From contig JANKJI020000002.1 in NCBI GenBank assembly GCA_024626585.2, forward strand, positions 25,111,886 through 25,146,007: a DNA stretch of 34,122 bases. The letters are read 5' to 3'. The notes under the pieces are model-generated. The model saw only the letters and a list, made by a program, of their open reading frames with translations, made no database searches and had not been told where the DNA came from. The position numbers and the translations under genes were made by a program. This document shows, piece after piece, positions 12,411 to 24,689 of this stretch (position 1 is the stretch's first letter; every line of letters begins with the position of its first letter). Origin of the DNA: Ginkgo biloba. Lineage: Eukaryota; Plantae; Ginkgophyta.

Positions 12411-13275
12411 TGTAATATTGTTAGTTATCTTTGATTTAATTATGCTAGTTATGATACTATTGTGATCTGAATCCTTAGCTAATAGATTTGAGTACCACAT
12501 TTAGATCTATGATTATTTCTTAGTCCCTTTTATGCCACTATGTGTTATATATGGGTAGTAGACAACATGAATGTATGCCTACTTGGGTCTTAGAACTCAG
12601 TTGTTGTGGCATATGTATACATAATACCATTATGGGGATAATGTATATAAATCTAGCTAGGCATTGTACTAGCATGGCCTTGCTTTGACCATGTTGTGGA
12701 CTTCTTGTCCTAAGGATTGATAGTAAGGAGGGGGCTAGCAACCTAGTGGACTCTTGAGACGAGCATGAAATTCGTGGAGGTATGCTGGCACACCATGGTG
12801 GCTATCGTAAGTCTCAATCAACTAACACTAAGCCATTAACAATATTATGAGTGTGGTTGTAGTGTGCATTACCTTGAAGAGGGATATCTTGTTACTAGAG
12901 AGATGACCCTAGTGCCTAAATGCAGGCTAGAACCTACCGCCTTGGCACTCTTCCCAATTATAGGGGGTGGACTCAAATGGAGAGGATGTTTGGAGTTGAC
13001 AGTTAGCTTTTATGGAACTAGAGATTTGCATTGGTAGTTGTGGTCAATTCCTCTAGGGGTCCTTATGGCCAACAATGGTAGCATACCTATGACATAATAA
13101 CTTGTCTCCTTATCATAGAAGTCTAGTCTTAATTCCTTCTTACATGATGTGATATTTTACTCTTCATGAATTGAACTACATTAACTTGATGTTTATTACT
13201 AGTTTTATTTTCTGTTATTTATTTGGAATAATTAAGATGACTTAGTTAACTTGGGATAAAGACTAAACTATTACA
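12411..13275 (+). mobile_element. 5' LTR (865 bp) of Ty3/Gypsy element C
   Basis: Perfect 7-bp inverted termini TGTAATA...TATTACA, followed 2 nt later by a PBS and then gag. Confidence 0.88.
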
Positions 13276-13277
13276 TT

Positions 13278-13289
13278 TGGTATCATATC
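13278..13289 (+). promoter_or_regulatory. Primer-binding site for initiator tRNA-Met
   Basis: TGGTATCATATC versus the canonical TGGTATCAGAGC, 2 nt after the LTR-terminal CA. Confidence 0.85.
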
Positions 13290-13315
13290 TTGGGGGGATA
13301 ATTAGGTTCTAGACA

Positions 13316-15553
13316 ATGGAGTCTCAAATTTTGCAAAAACTAGAAGTGATGGAAGAAGAAATTAGGAGATTAAAAGAAGAAAAGCAACAATCTCTCTCAA
13401 CTCCTTTAAAACCTATGAGAGAAGAAGAAAGTAAAATATAGTCCCTAAAACCTCCAAGAGTAAACTACATGGTGAAGATCACTAAGAAGAAGAAAAGGAA
13501 GAGGAAATCGATGAAGAATATGGAATTAGAGAACCAACCTAGAAGAGAGCCATAAAAGATTGGGAAGTGCTACAAAACATCAAACAATTCTGAAACATGT
13601 AGATCCTAGAATTTGATGGAACAACGCTTGTAACATCTTTTTGGGCTTAGGTAAGGAATGTTGAGTTATTCTTTAATAGTTTCAATATTTTTGCAGAGAA
13701 TAGAGTAAAGTTAGTTTCCATGGATTTTAAAGATAGTTCTAGAGAATGGTGGAACAAAGTCCAAACCGAGATAGAAGGAATGATGGAGAAAATTTCAACT
13801 TGGGAGGAACCCAAAATAAGATGTATGATTGTTACACCAAACTCTAGAACTTAAGACAAACCAATTCATTTTAGGATTATAATAACCAAATAAACTCTCT
13901 CTTGACTAGGTTATCTAACCTACCAATGAGATATAAGGTTTTCCATTTTATGAGGGGTCTTAATTACCATACTAGATAGGGTGTAGTGATAACCCAACCA
14001 AAACCATATAAATCCCTAAGAGTACAACTCTACAAGTCAACGATGTAGAGATGTCTACATTGGACTTCGCAAGAAAACTTCAAAGGAATGATAGAGTCCA
14101 TAGACCAACCCTTCAATGGAAGAGAGACAAAATTCCCTTACAATAAATCCTCTAAACCCTTCCATGACAAACATAGAGACTTCCAAAAAAAAAGAAAACA
14201 AATTCATCGTCCACCCAAGGAAGTGAAAAAGGAACCTATAGAGTTCTACGAATGTGGAGGCCCTCACCCAAACATATTGTGCCCCAAAACACAACAAAAT
14301 AACTCTAGGAAAGGCAATGTGTATGGACAAAAAGTTCCTAGAAGGCCCTACCCTAAAAAGTAATCCTTAAGAACTTTAAAAAATTTAGTGATGTGAAAAT
14401 CTTTATACTTAAAGGATCCATAAACGGTCATTAGGCAACCATCCTAGTAGATAAAAGTTGTACCCATAACTTCATTTTAGAAGACTTTGCTAGGAAAACT
14501 GACTTAAAAACCCAAAAAGCTTCATATTCTTATGAAGTATAGCTAAAGTCCTTGTATCTATCCTAGAAGATGAAGACCACATATAGACTTTGACATCATG
14601 AAAATTTGTAGGTATAATGCCATATTAGGACAAAAGTGGTTATAGGAATATGATATTCATATCCTACCCAGAGACAATGTCCTTCAATTCCACAAAGGGA
14701 AGAAACTTATATGAGTAGTGAATAAAGATGAAAGGAAAATACCATTTGTATGAACATTTCTACTCAAAAGGGTAGCTAAGAAGACAAATAGTCAAGCCTT
14801 CAGGGTCTACATCAAAGAAACTCCCCCCCTAGAAAAAGGAAACAAAAAACTACCTGAGTATCATCATTATTAGAAGAATACAATGAAATCTTTTTGAAGG
14901 AATCCCCAAAGAATTGCCAAAAGAGAGGAACATGGACCATAGAATTTTGGTCGAACTACAAACCTGACCCACCCATAGAATACCTTATAAACTAATCCAT
15001 GTTGAAAAAGAGGAAGTGGAAAAGAAAATACAAGAATTGCTTGAGCAAGGATATATCAAACCTTCCAAATGCCCTTATGGTGCCCCATTATTATTAGTTA
15101 AAAAGAAGGATGGCTCTATGAGGATGCGCATTGATTATAGTTCCCTAAACAAAGTGACCATCAAAGATAAGTACCCTTTGCCCAAGATAGATGACCTTCT
15201 AGACAACATGAAGGGGGTTGTCATTTTCTCAAAAATGGACTTGAGAAGTGGATACCATTAGATACAGAGCTACCCAAAAGACATAGAAAAAATTATATTT
15301 ACAACTAGAGTTGGCCATTACGAATTCCTAGTCATGCTATTTGGTTTGACCAATGCTCCCTCTATATTCATGAGACTTATGAATAATATCCCAAAATCCT
15401 TCATAGGAAAGTTTGTGGCAGTTTTTCTAGATGATAGTTTGATCTATAGCAAAAGTAAGAAAGAACATGAGGAGCACCTCCCTAAAGTGCTAGAAGTCCT
15501 AAGGGAAGAAAAAATATATGTTAAACTTTGAAAATGCAAATTTTGTAGAGAAG
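13316..15553 (+). mobile_element. Element C: gag, protease and RT (chromovirus-branch-like, decayed, truncated at the RT end)
   Basis: Gag includes SREWWNKV, FMRGL and a zinc-knuckle remnant FYECGGPHPNILCP. The protease reads ILVDKSCTHNFI (~14441). RT reads [64 protein letters not shown] and VFLDD, and ends at KCKFCREV. Confidence 0.95.
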
Positions 15554-15829
15554 TGTTCGTAAAATAGGGGCACCTCGTGGGTCCCATGCTCCACCAACGA
15601 GGGTTAGTATAGATTCATTAATATTCCATATGTATTCCCAGTAATAACATTAAATATATAGGCACAAATCACGAGGAGACTCAAATTTGAGTATAAAGAA
15701 TCCTCATCAAATGCTCATAAATATATAGTACATCATATTTAATATTATCTTAGTATCTCACACTAAGATATGTATTAATTGCTATGGTAAGTCATTAATA
15801 CTTAGCTCTTCAATTTTCTAGGTCATAAA

Positions 15830-16750
15830 TGAACCTTTTTTATAGATTTTCTCTCTCCTCATTTATGAAATGACATAGCTCTTCTAAATATAGGTCACGA
15901 CCTTGCCTTTAAGATTGAATTTAAGCGAAAAGATTCTTAGAAGAAGGAATCTCCCATTTCAGATGCTTCATCTACTTCATCATCTTCATCAAGTTCTTAT
16001 ACCACTTCTTCTAGCAGTAAAGGTAAGAGGAGAAGAGGGTCTAAGAAGAATAAGGATAGTTCCTTAGGGAGGAAGAATTATGACAGGTCAAGGACATGTT
16101 CACATTATAGGAAGAAAGGACATGACAAGGACCATTACTATAAGCTTTATCTAGATAAAGTACCAAAATCACTACACCAACGGAATCATAAAGAGAAGAA
16201 GAAATTGAAGGGTATAATTATCACTTTAGATGAGCCATATCCTTCTATAATTCTTATCAACATAAAGGGTAAGAATATATATAGGGAAGGCCTTTTTACA
16301 TTGTAGATGTAGGTGAGGGATATAGTAGTTTCATTTATTCTTAATAGTGGTAGCCAAAGGAACTAAGTTTTGGCTAGTTTGGTCAAGGATCTAGGTCTAG
16401 ACCTTGAGGATTTCCCTAACCTATATGCAATCAGTGGAATAAATAGGGATGAGAGTGATTGAGTTACACACTAATGTACTTTTAAATTTACAATCACCAA
16501 TGATTACATTGATGAGGTTACTTATGACATAGTGCCCATGGATTGCATTAGTGTCTTATTAGGAATCCTCTTTTTTATTGACAAGAAGGCCAAACTTATT
16601 CCTTATTTGGAAAAATGTGAGATGATAAAATATGGACAACCTTTCATCCTTAGAATGGTTCTAATTCCTATGTCAAGTACTTTGGTTTCTTGTAAGAAGG
16701 ACAAGTAGATTATACGAGATTTTAGGAAATTTATTTTGGAGACAAGTGGG
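15830..16750 (+). mobile_element. Element B: gag C-terminus and protease of the same family as element A, with no RT following
   Basis: Contains a CCHC remnant TCSHYRKKGHDKDHYYKLYLDK, FILNSGSQRN, and VTH*CTFKFTITNDYIDEVTYDIVPMDCISVLLGILFFIDKK. Colinear with ~1-720. Confidence 0.9.
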
Positions 16751-18433
16751 AAGGATGTTGAATCAAACTTTGAGATAGTTGTAGACTAGGCTTATCAACC
16801 ATCATTCCTTATTGGAAGGATTATAGTTCCCATTTTTGGTTTGGATAAGTAATGGGGTCCATTGTTTCCTTAGAGAGGAGTAAGTGATTTGCCATCAAGT
16901 AGGAGAGAACTAGCTTTTGGTTCTATGGGGTCTAAGATTTCTTAGAAAACTATGACCATAAGGAATATATTTGAGAGTTTTTACTATTGTTGGGATTTTC
17001 TCTCTCACTATATATTTTCTCTCTCTTTCTTTTATTATCCATTGGCTAATTTTGGGTATTGTGTATGCAATGGCATGTTACTATTTTACTCATACCTATT
17101 ATTTCCTCTTACATATTCTTTGTGAGGTTAGCATAGGTTGGTTAAAGCATGCATGACATGTTCCTTTTTAAATCTTGCTAAATATGGCTAAGTATTTTCA
17201 TATAAAATAAACTTTAGCCTATGTTCTCACACTTAATGTAATTATAACCTTTTTGTTCCCAAGTCTTGTGGGTTGTGTGTAGCATTCTTGTGGATTAATA
17301 GAGAGTTTTTATTTCTTGTCCAATTTATCTTTGTGAATATTATATTTGATCTTGCTTAGAATCTTATGTATGATTATGATAATATCTTTGGGTACAATCC
17401 CATAAGTACATAAAGTATCTTCATTGTGCAGTTGTTTGGAAGTTTCATATACTTATGTAGGTTATTTTTCCTAAGCCACGTGTAAAGATGTACGTTTTTC
17501 GAATTAATTCTTCACATTTCAATCTCCTACACCATGCACCATGTTTTCACACAATGTACTATATTTGTGGATGCTCCAAATTCATGCACTAACATGGTAC
17601 CACTTTTCTACGCACTCTATACATACACACTGGCATAGTATTCTCTAAAAGCATGCATGTAGACACGATACTCAAAATTATCTGTATGGAGCTTAGTTTT
17701 AGATTGTACCAATGGATAATAATCTTTAATATAGTGTTATATATAATTATAGATCTTATTATCCCCTTGGATTCATTATCCAAACACTTTCGTAACATTT
17801 TGAAGGTCATTCCTTCATCCTCCTACCAAATGGGTACATCAGCAAGGACATTTTTGGATGGTCATAATATGACCCAAGAGGCATTCCTTAAGAATTATAC
17901 AAGCATACAATCAATTTTTCTTTGAAGAGAACAATAGTGAAGTAAATTTGTGTTCATAAATTGATGGATTATTGAGTAGGTAGAAAAGGAAATATTATGA
18001 TAAATACAATTAAGTGATTTTCATGTGTTGTGATACCCATATAAAAAGAAAAGAAAAAAAGAACAGAAATAGATTTACATACATCCATACTTGATAAAAT
18101 TGGGCACTATCACAAAGAATAACCCTTTCTCAATATTATTCACAAACAATATCTTAGAGGAAGAAGTAAGCCATGATATTTATTTATTCTTGGATGGATA
18201 ATTAGGGTAAAATTGAGTAGTCATTAATTTAAAATATCAATTGATGAGCATATTTTCAATAATGATTATGATCTATGCTATAATTATATTCCCTTTAGGA
18301 CTATATAACACATTGGTTAACTTTAAAAGATTAACTAGTCAATTTTTTGATAAATCATTAATAAGAAATTTAAAAAATATTCCTCAATTATTTATAAGTA
18401 TATTAATAAGAAATTTACTTGTGTTACTATCAA

Positions 18434-18471
18434 ATGTTGTTGAATCTAGTAAATACTAGATTCAACAACAT
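18434..18471. repeat. Perfect 17-bp inverted repeat with a 4-nt loop
   Basis: ATGTTGTTGAATCTAGT-aaat-ACTAGATTCAACAACAT. Confidence 0.95.
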
Positions 18472-20654
18472 AAATATGGATGAGTAACTATTATCATTGA
18501 ATCTACAAACATTCCATTTACTTGTGTTATATGAAATGTTGTTGGTACCCTGAAGGGATCACTTAAGTATAAACTAATAAAATACATGTGTGATAGAACT
18601 AATAAACAATAATCCTATATAGGATCTTAACCCTATTTTCCACCCCCTTGTTTTGTACCCTTAACTATTTTATTAATCCTCTTTTATATAATGTACAATT
18701 GCATGTAAAATAAAATCCAATAATTATTTTTATCCCTTTTGTAATTAATACTCAATATGTAATGTAATATATCTAGGGTAATTATACCCACATTATAATA
18801 TATCTATGAATTTACTTCCCCCAAATAAAAGAAATACAACAATGATTTTTTTATATAATAGAATAAATTATATGTTAACACTAACCCATATGCATTAGTT
18901 AGGTTATAAATAATTATTATATGTTTTTTCATATTCTCTTTTATCAACTTAAAATTATAGGTATTACTCTATGATAACGATTTATTCTATAATAAGGAAA
19001 AATTATTTTACTATACATAGATAATAAATATTGAGAGAAAGGATGAATTCTAATATTACAAGTATATTCATCATAGTGTACTTTCTATGTCTTATATATA
19101 TATTTCTTATTAGAGAAGGAAAGAAAAGAAAAGGAATATAATTAACCTCGAAACTTATAAGAAATGAAAAACAAGATCAATATTAATTCTAAATATGATC
19201 AAAATATCAAGATCAAATTCAAAGACAATGTTAATATTGAGAACCTTAGCCCTTATAATTAGATATAATTGAAGTGTTGCAAATAACTCTAATAAAATCA
19301 GGGTATATTAGTTTACAAGAAAAATTAAAACTATTACCTAAATGTATCAATCTTATAAATATATATTTACAAATGTAAATTTAGTTGTAAATCATTTAAC
19401 ATGTGAAATTTTAGGATGCATGCAGTTTTATCTAGGGAAACTATTGCTTATACTTTCTCCTAATAGAGTGTTTCAATAATATAGTTATGTATAATGATCC
19501 CCATCAATCAAACTTTCCTATTTATAAATCGATTCCTAGAAAGATAATTTCTCTCAACTCTCCTCTTTATATTTTATTCAATTTTTATAAAATAAGAAAA
19601 TTTCAATTTAAAATGGATATATATTTTTTATCAAGACCCCACTTTGTACATACAAAAGGAACTTAAAAAAAAATACACCTTAATCCCATTGTACATGTAT
19701 GTATACAATTTTAAAAATTAGTAATATAAAATACCCCTTGAATTAATCTAGTATTGTATAAGAACGCATAGTGACACCCTAAGGCTTTAGGAATACATGC
19801 ATATAAGATCCAAATTATTCCAAAAATGGAACCAACACATCATCTTAAAAGGTTTTATATTTTACCAAGCATGTTACAATTAATTAATTGAGAATTTGTC
19901 TAAGGTATCATGTCCACTTGGTGACCTTGCTTAAAAGTATAAACACTCGCTTAGGATTCAAAGAAAAAGACTCTTAAAATGCAAAGATAAGTTGATAGTA
20001 ACTTCATTATCAACATTTTCCTACTACAATCAAACTTCTACATAAATGTTTTTAAATTCAAAATCAAATTCATATTTCCAAAAGAGGGTCTAAATGAATT
20101 AAACTATCCATTTTATCTTTATAGTAAATATTATCTCAAGGAGAGTAATATTGTAGTACAAGGGAGTGTAAGTGATTATCATGGTATATGTACTTAAAAA
20201 GTCCATATATCACATGCTAAACACATCCTTTATGTTATTTGTATATCGTCATACTCTTTTCTATATGGCTAATAATCTTATTATCTAAAGAAATATTAAA
20301 TGATATCTACTTTTGTTATTAGAGTTTAAATTTCAAGTGGTAGTGAGACTAGCAAAGCTACTTGTAGTAGTTAATCATCTATCCTAGATATAATATAAAG
20401 AACCCATAACCTAGGTACATAATAAATTTCTAAATTCCTAACCTTTTAATTTACGTATGGTTTGACAAGGATACTAATGACTTGTCAACCACCTATTAAA
20501 GCAAATATTACCTAGAGAAATTTTAGTAGTTGATACCAAGAAGATAATAAATAATACATGCTCGTACAAATTTATAATATAGGTATTAACCATATCCTTT
20601 AGAGGTAAGTGATACTTGTAGGACTATTACAACCTAAAATTATACATATGCCAA

Positions 20655-20735
20655 GGATTTTATAAGTAGTGGTGATACATATTATTATATAGGTTATTGG
20701 ATTTTATAAGTAGTGGTGATGCATTTTATAAGTAG
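20655..20735. repeat. 22-bp direct repeat (two copies plus a partial third)
   Basis: GGATTTTATAAGTAGTGGTGAT at 20655 and 20699, and ATTTTATAAGTAG at 20723. Confidence 0.9.
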
Positions 20736-23020
20736 AAAATTTTATGTCTCCACCCATTATTACCTTAAGAATTTCTTATGTAATGATAAATAACAATTTT
20801 AAAAGGGATGACATATTATATTATAATGAGAACTATATATACTAGTAATTGCATTAAAACTTAAGCCTTATTTGATAAATCAATAAGTAGTATAACTCAA
20901 TTCATGTACAAAAATGTGATTTAAACGTTTGATTACATAATACTATTAAATAATGGTGTATTACAATTCTATCTGTTACATTATTGACCATGTCATTATT
21001 GAATTTATAATGGCACGTTATAAATTCAACAGATATTACCTCAGTGAAAAATGATGGTTAGATGCCTTAAATTATATTTTTGGTAGAAAAATTATACAAT
21101 ACTTATGAAATTAATATTAAAGAATGGGAAAATGATTTATTGGTATCCCTTTGGAATTTTTAAATGATGTACAAAGTAAGGATATAATATACTATAATTT
21201 AGGGAATGCAGAGAACTAAGGAAATGGTTACTCTAATATTTATAGTCCCAATATTAAGAGTTATAATCACTAACAATCTTAGTGTTATATATAATTACTA
21301 ACCTCAAATATAATAAAAATATTATACAGTAATTAATTAGACTAAAATAGAAAATATGACTAAGTGTGGGGGTTGAGGTCCTTCTACAAGATGAGTGATA
21401 TCTCCTTAAAATCGTATTGCTCCCTTACTAGATTGAAGTGAACTCCTTGAAGGATGGAAATACATATAATAATGAATTTATAAATAAAAAGTTAAAATAT
21501 GCTCCAAAGGAATAAATGTAAGTATGATAATAAATAATTACCTCAACCTTTGAGAAGAAAGAAATGGCTATAATGATGAAGCACATGCTTTATATTAAAT
21601 AAGTATATTTTATCAAATGAGACAAGGTGAAAAGACATGATGAATATTCTTACCAAATTAGTCTCATATGATGGATTCAGTTCTAGTCCTCTTCTCCTTA
21701 CTTCCTTATCCTTTGTTATAAGTAGACATACCAAAATGAATGGCCCAAATACCTCAATGATGTTAAGATACAACCCTTGTATTCATGATGCTCAATCCTT
21801 ATGAATGTCTAAAGTTATAATGCCATGTTTTCATAAGTGATATCTATGCAATAAATAGATTTAAGATGCCATAATTAATGCATTATGATGACAATGATAA
21901 TGAATTAATATATTACACAACACTAGTACCCCCCACACCCCCTTATAAATAAGAGGTATTTATATGATAAATTAGGCTCATGACCTTAATAATATTGAAA
22001 AGTTATAAAGTGCCACAAGGATATATCACATACTTAAACATAATCTTTTTGAGGTCATAAAATCAATTTGATGTTCATGGTGATGTTTATACTTCTTTAT
22101 TATCCAATAATATGATAAGAGAATACCATTAATATATGTCAAATATTGTGAAGCATAAATATACCAATGAAATACCATATATGTACCTTAATATACAATC
22201 CATAATATATTAAAAGGACCATGTGGTGAGGTAGAATATGATTTTAATGACCATATAATAAGATATCCATAGAAACTAAGGGTCGATGTAAGGGATCATA
22301 AGGTAGATGCATGGGATAAATATGTGAATAAGACATTCCCATAGGATCAGTATGAAAAATAGAACAATATCATATAATAATATGAAAATATAAGAAAATA
22401 AATATGTAATGTGAATCCATATTTAAATACATCAATGGAAAATTCACCCAAATGAGTAATACAACTTCAAAGGTGAGAAAAAGGGTGATAATAGAACCCC
22501 TCCCCACCCCCACCCCCTCGAAAGATTGATGTCCATAGTGAATGTAATAAATAAAGGGCCAAAAGTATTTAGAGAGATCCCTATTCATAAGGGAACTATA
22601 AAAAATAAATGACCACCATGCCTAACCAATACTGAATATATGTATATGTTGTACTAAAATGCATGAAAAAAGTTTCTAGTATAAAAAATTTCATGAAGTG
22701 GATGCTATCAATGAAGCCAATGTTGATACTAATACTAAAGCCACTAAGGAATGAGGAGTGGATAGAGAAAGAGAGGATTTGCACCCTCCAAAGTATTTCA
22801 ATTTAAAAAGAAACACTCATAAAATGTTAGGCTAACCTTGTTAAAAAAAAGTGGGTAAAGTACTGGACAAGATCCTAAACTCATGCAAAAGAAACAAAAA
22901 ATACTATAAAAAATGCCACGAGTTGACAAGTCCCATCCTTATAGGAATGATGTAATGATATGCAATGAAATGATAAGAGTGAGTTTTTCATGTGAAAATA
23001 CCATAATGTCATGTAGTAGA

Positions 23021-23440
23021 TATCCAACTCTGAACACCAACTATCTCTTAATGAGAAGCACCATTACTATTAATGGTATAACAATGTCAAATAAGGGCCC
23101 AAGGGCATAATTAAATGAAGTGCACCTATATGAACCATCTAGACTAATTGATATAATAAAACCCTATCAAGAAAAATACATGTAATTCTATATCTCCATT
23201 AATCAATGTACTATAAGGTGTAAAATGAGCATGGAGCCAAGTGATATGAACCATAAAATAACAACCCAAACATTGGTACAAATAAACTCTAACTAATGCT
23301 AGAATATGAAACCCAATGATTATATGATGCTAAGAAATTATATATAAGAGGAAACTACAATGTGGGATATCCCCACCCATACTTCATGGAAAAAATTGAT
23401 GATGTTGAAATAAAATCTACCCATATAGTGCTATAATGTT
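23021..23440 (-). pseudogene. Probable plant mobile domain (PMD, MAIN-like) remnant
   Basis: The minus strand reads IAL..RF..NFFH (23434-23376, frameshifted). One frame then reads ITWLHAHF..HVFFLIGF..VHF..GASH*EIVGVQSWI. Order and approximate spacing match the remembered PMD motifs ALxERW..TFH / WL..F / YLLxLxG / AS..IxG..LQxW. Strongly decayed. Confidence 0.42.
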
Positions 23441-23598
23441 TGAATTCCTTAGCAATATACTTTTAGGGAGGACCATGTGATAATAAATGATAAAAATAAT
23501 GGTACCTAAGGAACTGGTGATGGATTTGTTTGAATGAATAACATGTAACTAATGATGAACCAAATGATATAAATGATAGAGATTAATTGATAGCATTC

Positions 23599-23805
23599 GG
23601 ACCCTTAGGGGTTTGGCGTAATGACCACAAATTTTGGTTGATACTCATCAGATCGAGGTTCCATTCCACTCGATTTATCATCCATGAATAGTGAGGGGAT
23701 GCTTGCCCATGGCTAGGGTTTATAGAGGTAGGCCTGACTCGAACCATCATCTATGGCGAGAAAATTGGCTTCGCCTATCGATTCCCCTAGTTCCTAAAAA
23801 CAAAA
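23599..23805 (+). mobile_element. tRNA-derived SINE (~205 bp)
   Basis: A-box TGGCGTAATGA (23614-23624) and B-box GGTTCCATTCC (23657-23667) lie 32 nt apart. It has an A-rich tail AAAAACAAAA and an imperfect TSD (TGATAGCATTC / TGATAGAATATTC). It retains GC and CpG relative to its flanks. Confidence 0.8.
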
Positions 23806-24689
23806 TGATAGAATATTCCCTATGATGTGATTGGGACCCAAATATGAGAACATTGATCATTTCCTAAACTGAATACACCTGTCGATGGCCCCCAAAAATA
23901 TCTTACTTAAGATATGTATTGATATTTGTAGAGATATGAGGCATTTACCCATAAGTGTGAAAGATTAAATGTGATGAAAATATATAATGCTATCCTATAA
24001 AACCTCTAACTATTCATGTGGAGTGTAATGCCTTCTTAGGTTCTTATATGTATTATGGGGGAGAGTGATCATATCATAATGAATCACCAAAATGAATCTC
24101 CAAGCACCCCAAAATTTAAGCCCAAATATATGAATATGAAAGTCTACTTACAAACTCCAAGTAAAAAGTTGATGTCCCTTTTCAGGTTCTTATGGATTCT
24201 AAAGAGATAAAATTATGTATAATTCTATTAGTTTCTTATGTATTATAGGATAATTATATCTTGCATACCTCCCATAGGTTCTTATGGGTTCTACTAGTGG
24301 AACCTGAAGAACCCCCATAACTTTTATATGAAATAGGTTAAGGCCTTTGATATAAATACTTCCTAGATGAATGAATGAGACCTTAACCTTAATAATTAGG
24401 TTCTAGAACTTACACTACATACATGAAATCATGGAAATTATATGAAGAGATGTATTGAAAATATTTTGGGCAAAAATATTGTCATGCATAATATGTTTGT
24501 ATCACATGCATTCATTTTTTATTTTAATTTTTTGACATCATCATTATTTTTTTCCTTGATCAACATGAAATGTATATTGAAGGGCATATGGGGTAGTGAA
24601 GGTAAGTCTTAGATGGATAATTTTTCATTACTACAATATTCTATACAAAAATTACTATTAGAATATAGGTACAATATGATGTTAGAGGA

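Larger units (their letters stand above)
17950..21300 (+). mobile_element. Element D: very old non-chromovirus (Athila/Phygy/Selgy-like) RT-RNase H-integrase remnant, interrupted at ~18400-19700
   Basis: RT (18097-18390): KLGTITKNNPFSILFTNNILEEEVSHDIYLFLDG..FPLGLYNTLVNFKRL..IFLNY. Connection (19800-20030): KIQIIPKMEP..IENLSKVSCPL..KDKLIVTSL. RH (20100-20390): YPFYLYSK.LSQGE..MVYVLKK..LLLLLEFKFQVVVRLAK..VNHLS. INT (20750-21280): ALFDKSISSITQFMYKNVI, EWENDLLVSLWNF*MMYKV and FIVPILRV. Confidence 0.8.

Noticed and set aside
9907-12413. Extended TIR (ACATAC-T-TGTTGAC / GTCAACA-GTATGT) of a DNA transposon
   Set aside because: The left extension is integrase coding sequence and the right extension overlaps the next LTR's TG, so the match is probably coincidental.
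15016-15553. Endogenous caulimovirid RT
   Set aside because: The LTR, PBS and gag context and the RT motifs indicate Ty3/Gypsy, and no movement protein was seen.
16971-17156. Hydrophobic ORF as an env-like or membrane protein
   Set aside because: It is short, starts with TTG, and its hydrophobicity is explained by T-rich composition.
23605-23675. Functional tRNA gene
   Set aside because: It has A and B boxes but no clear cloverleaf, and it continues into a body and A tail, so a SINE fits better.
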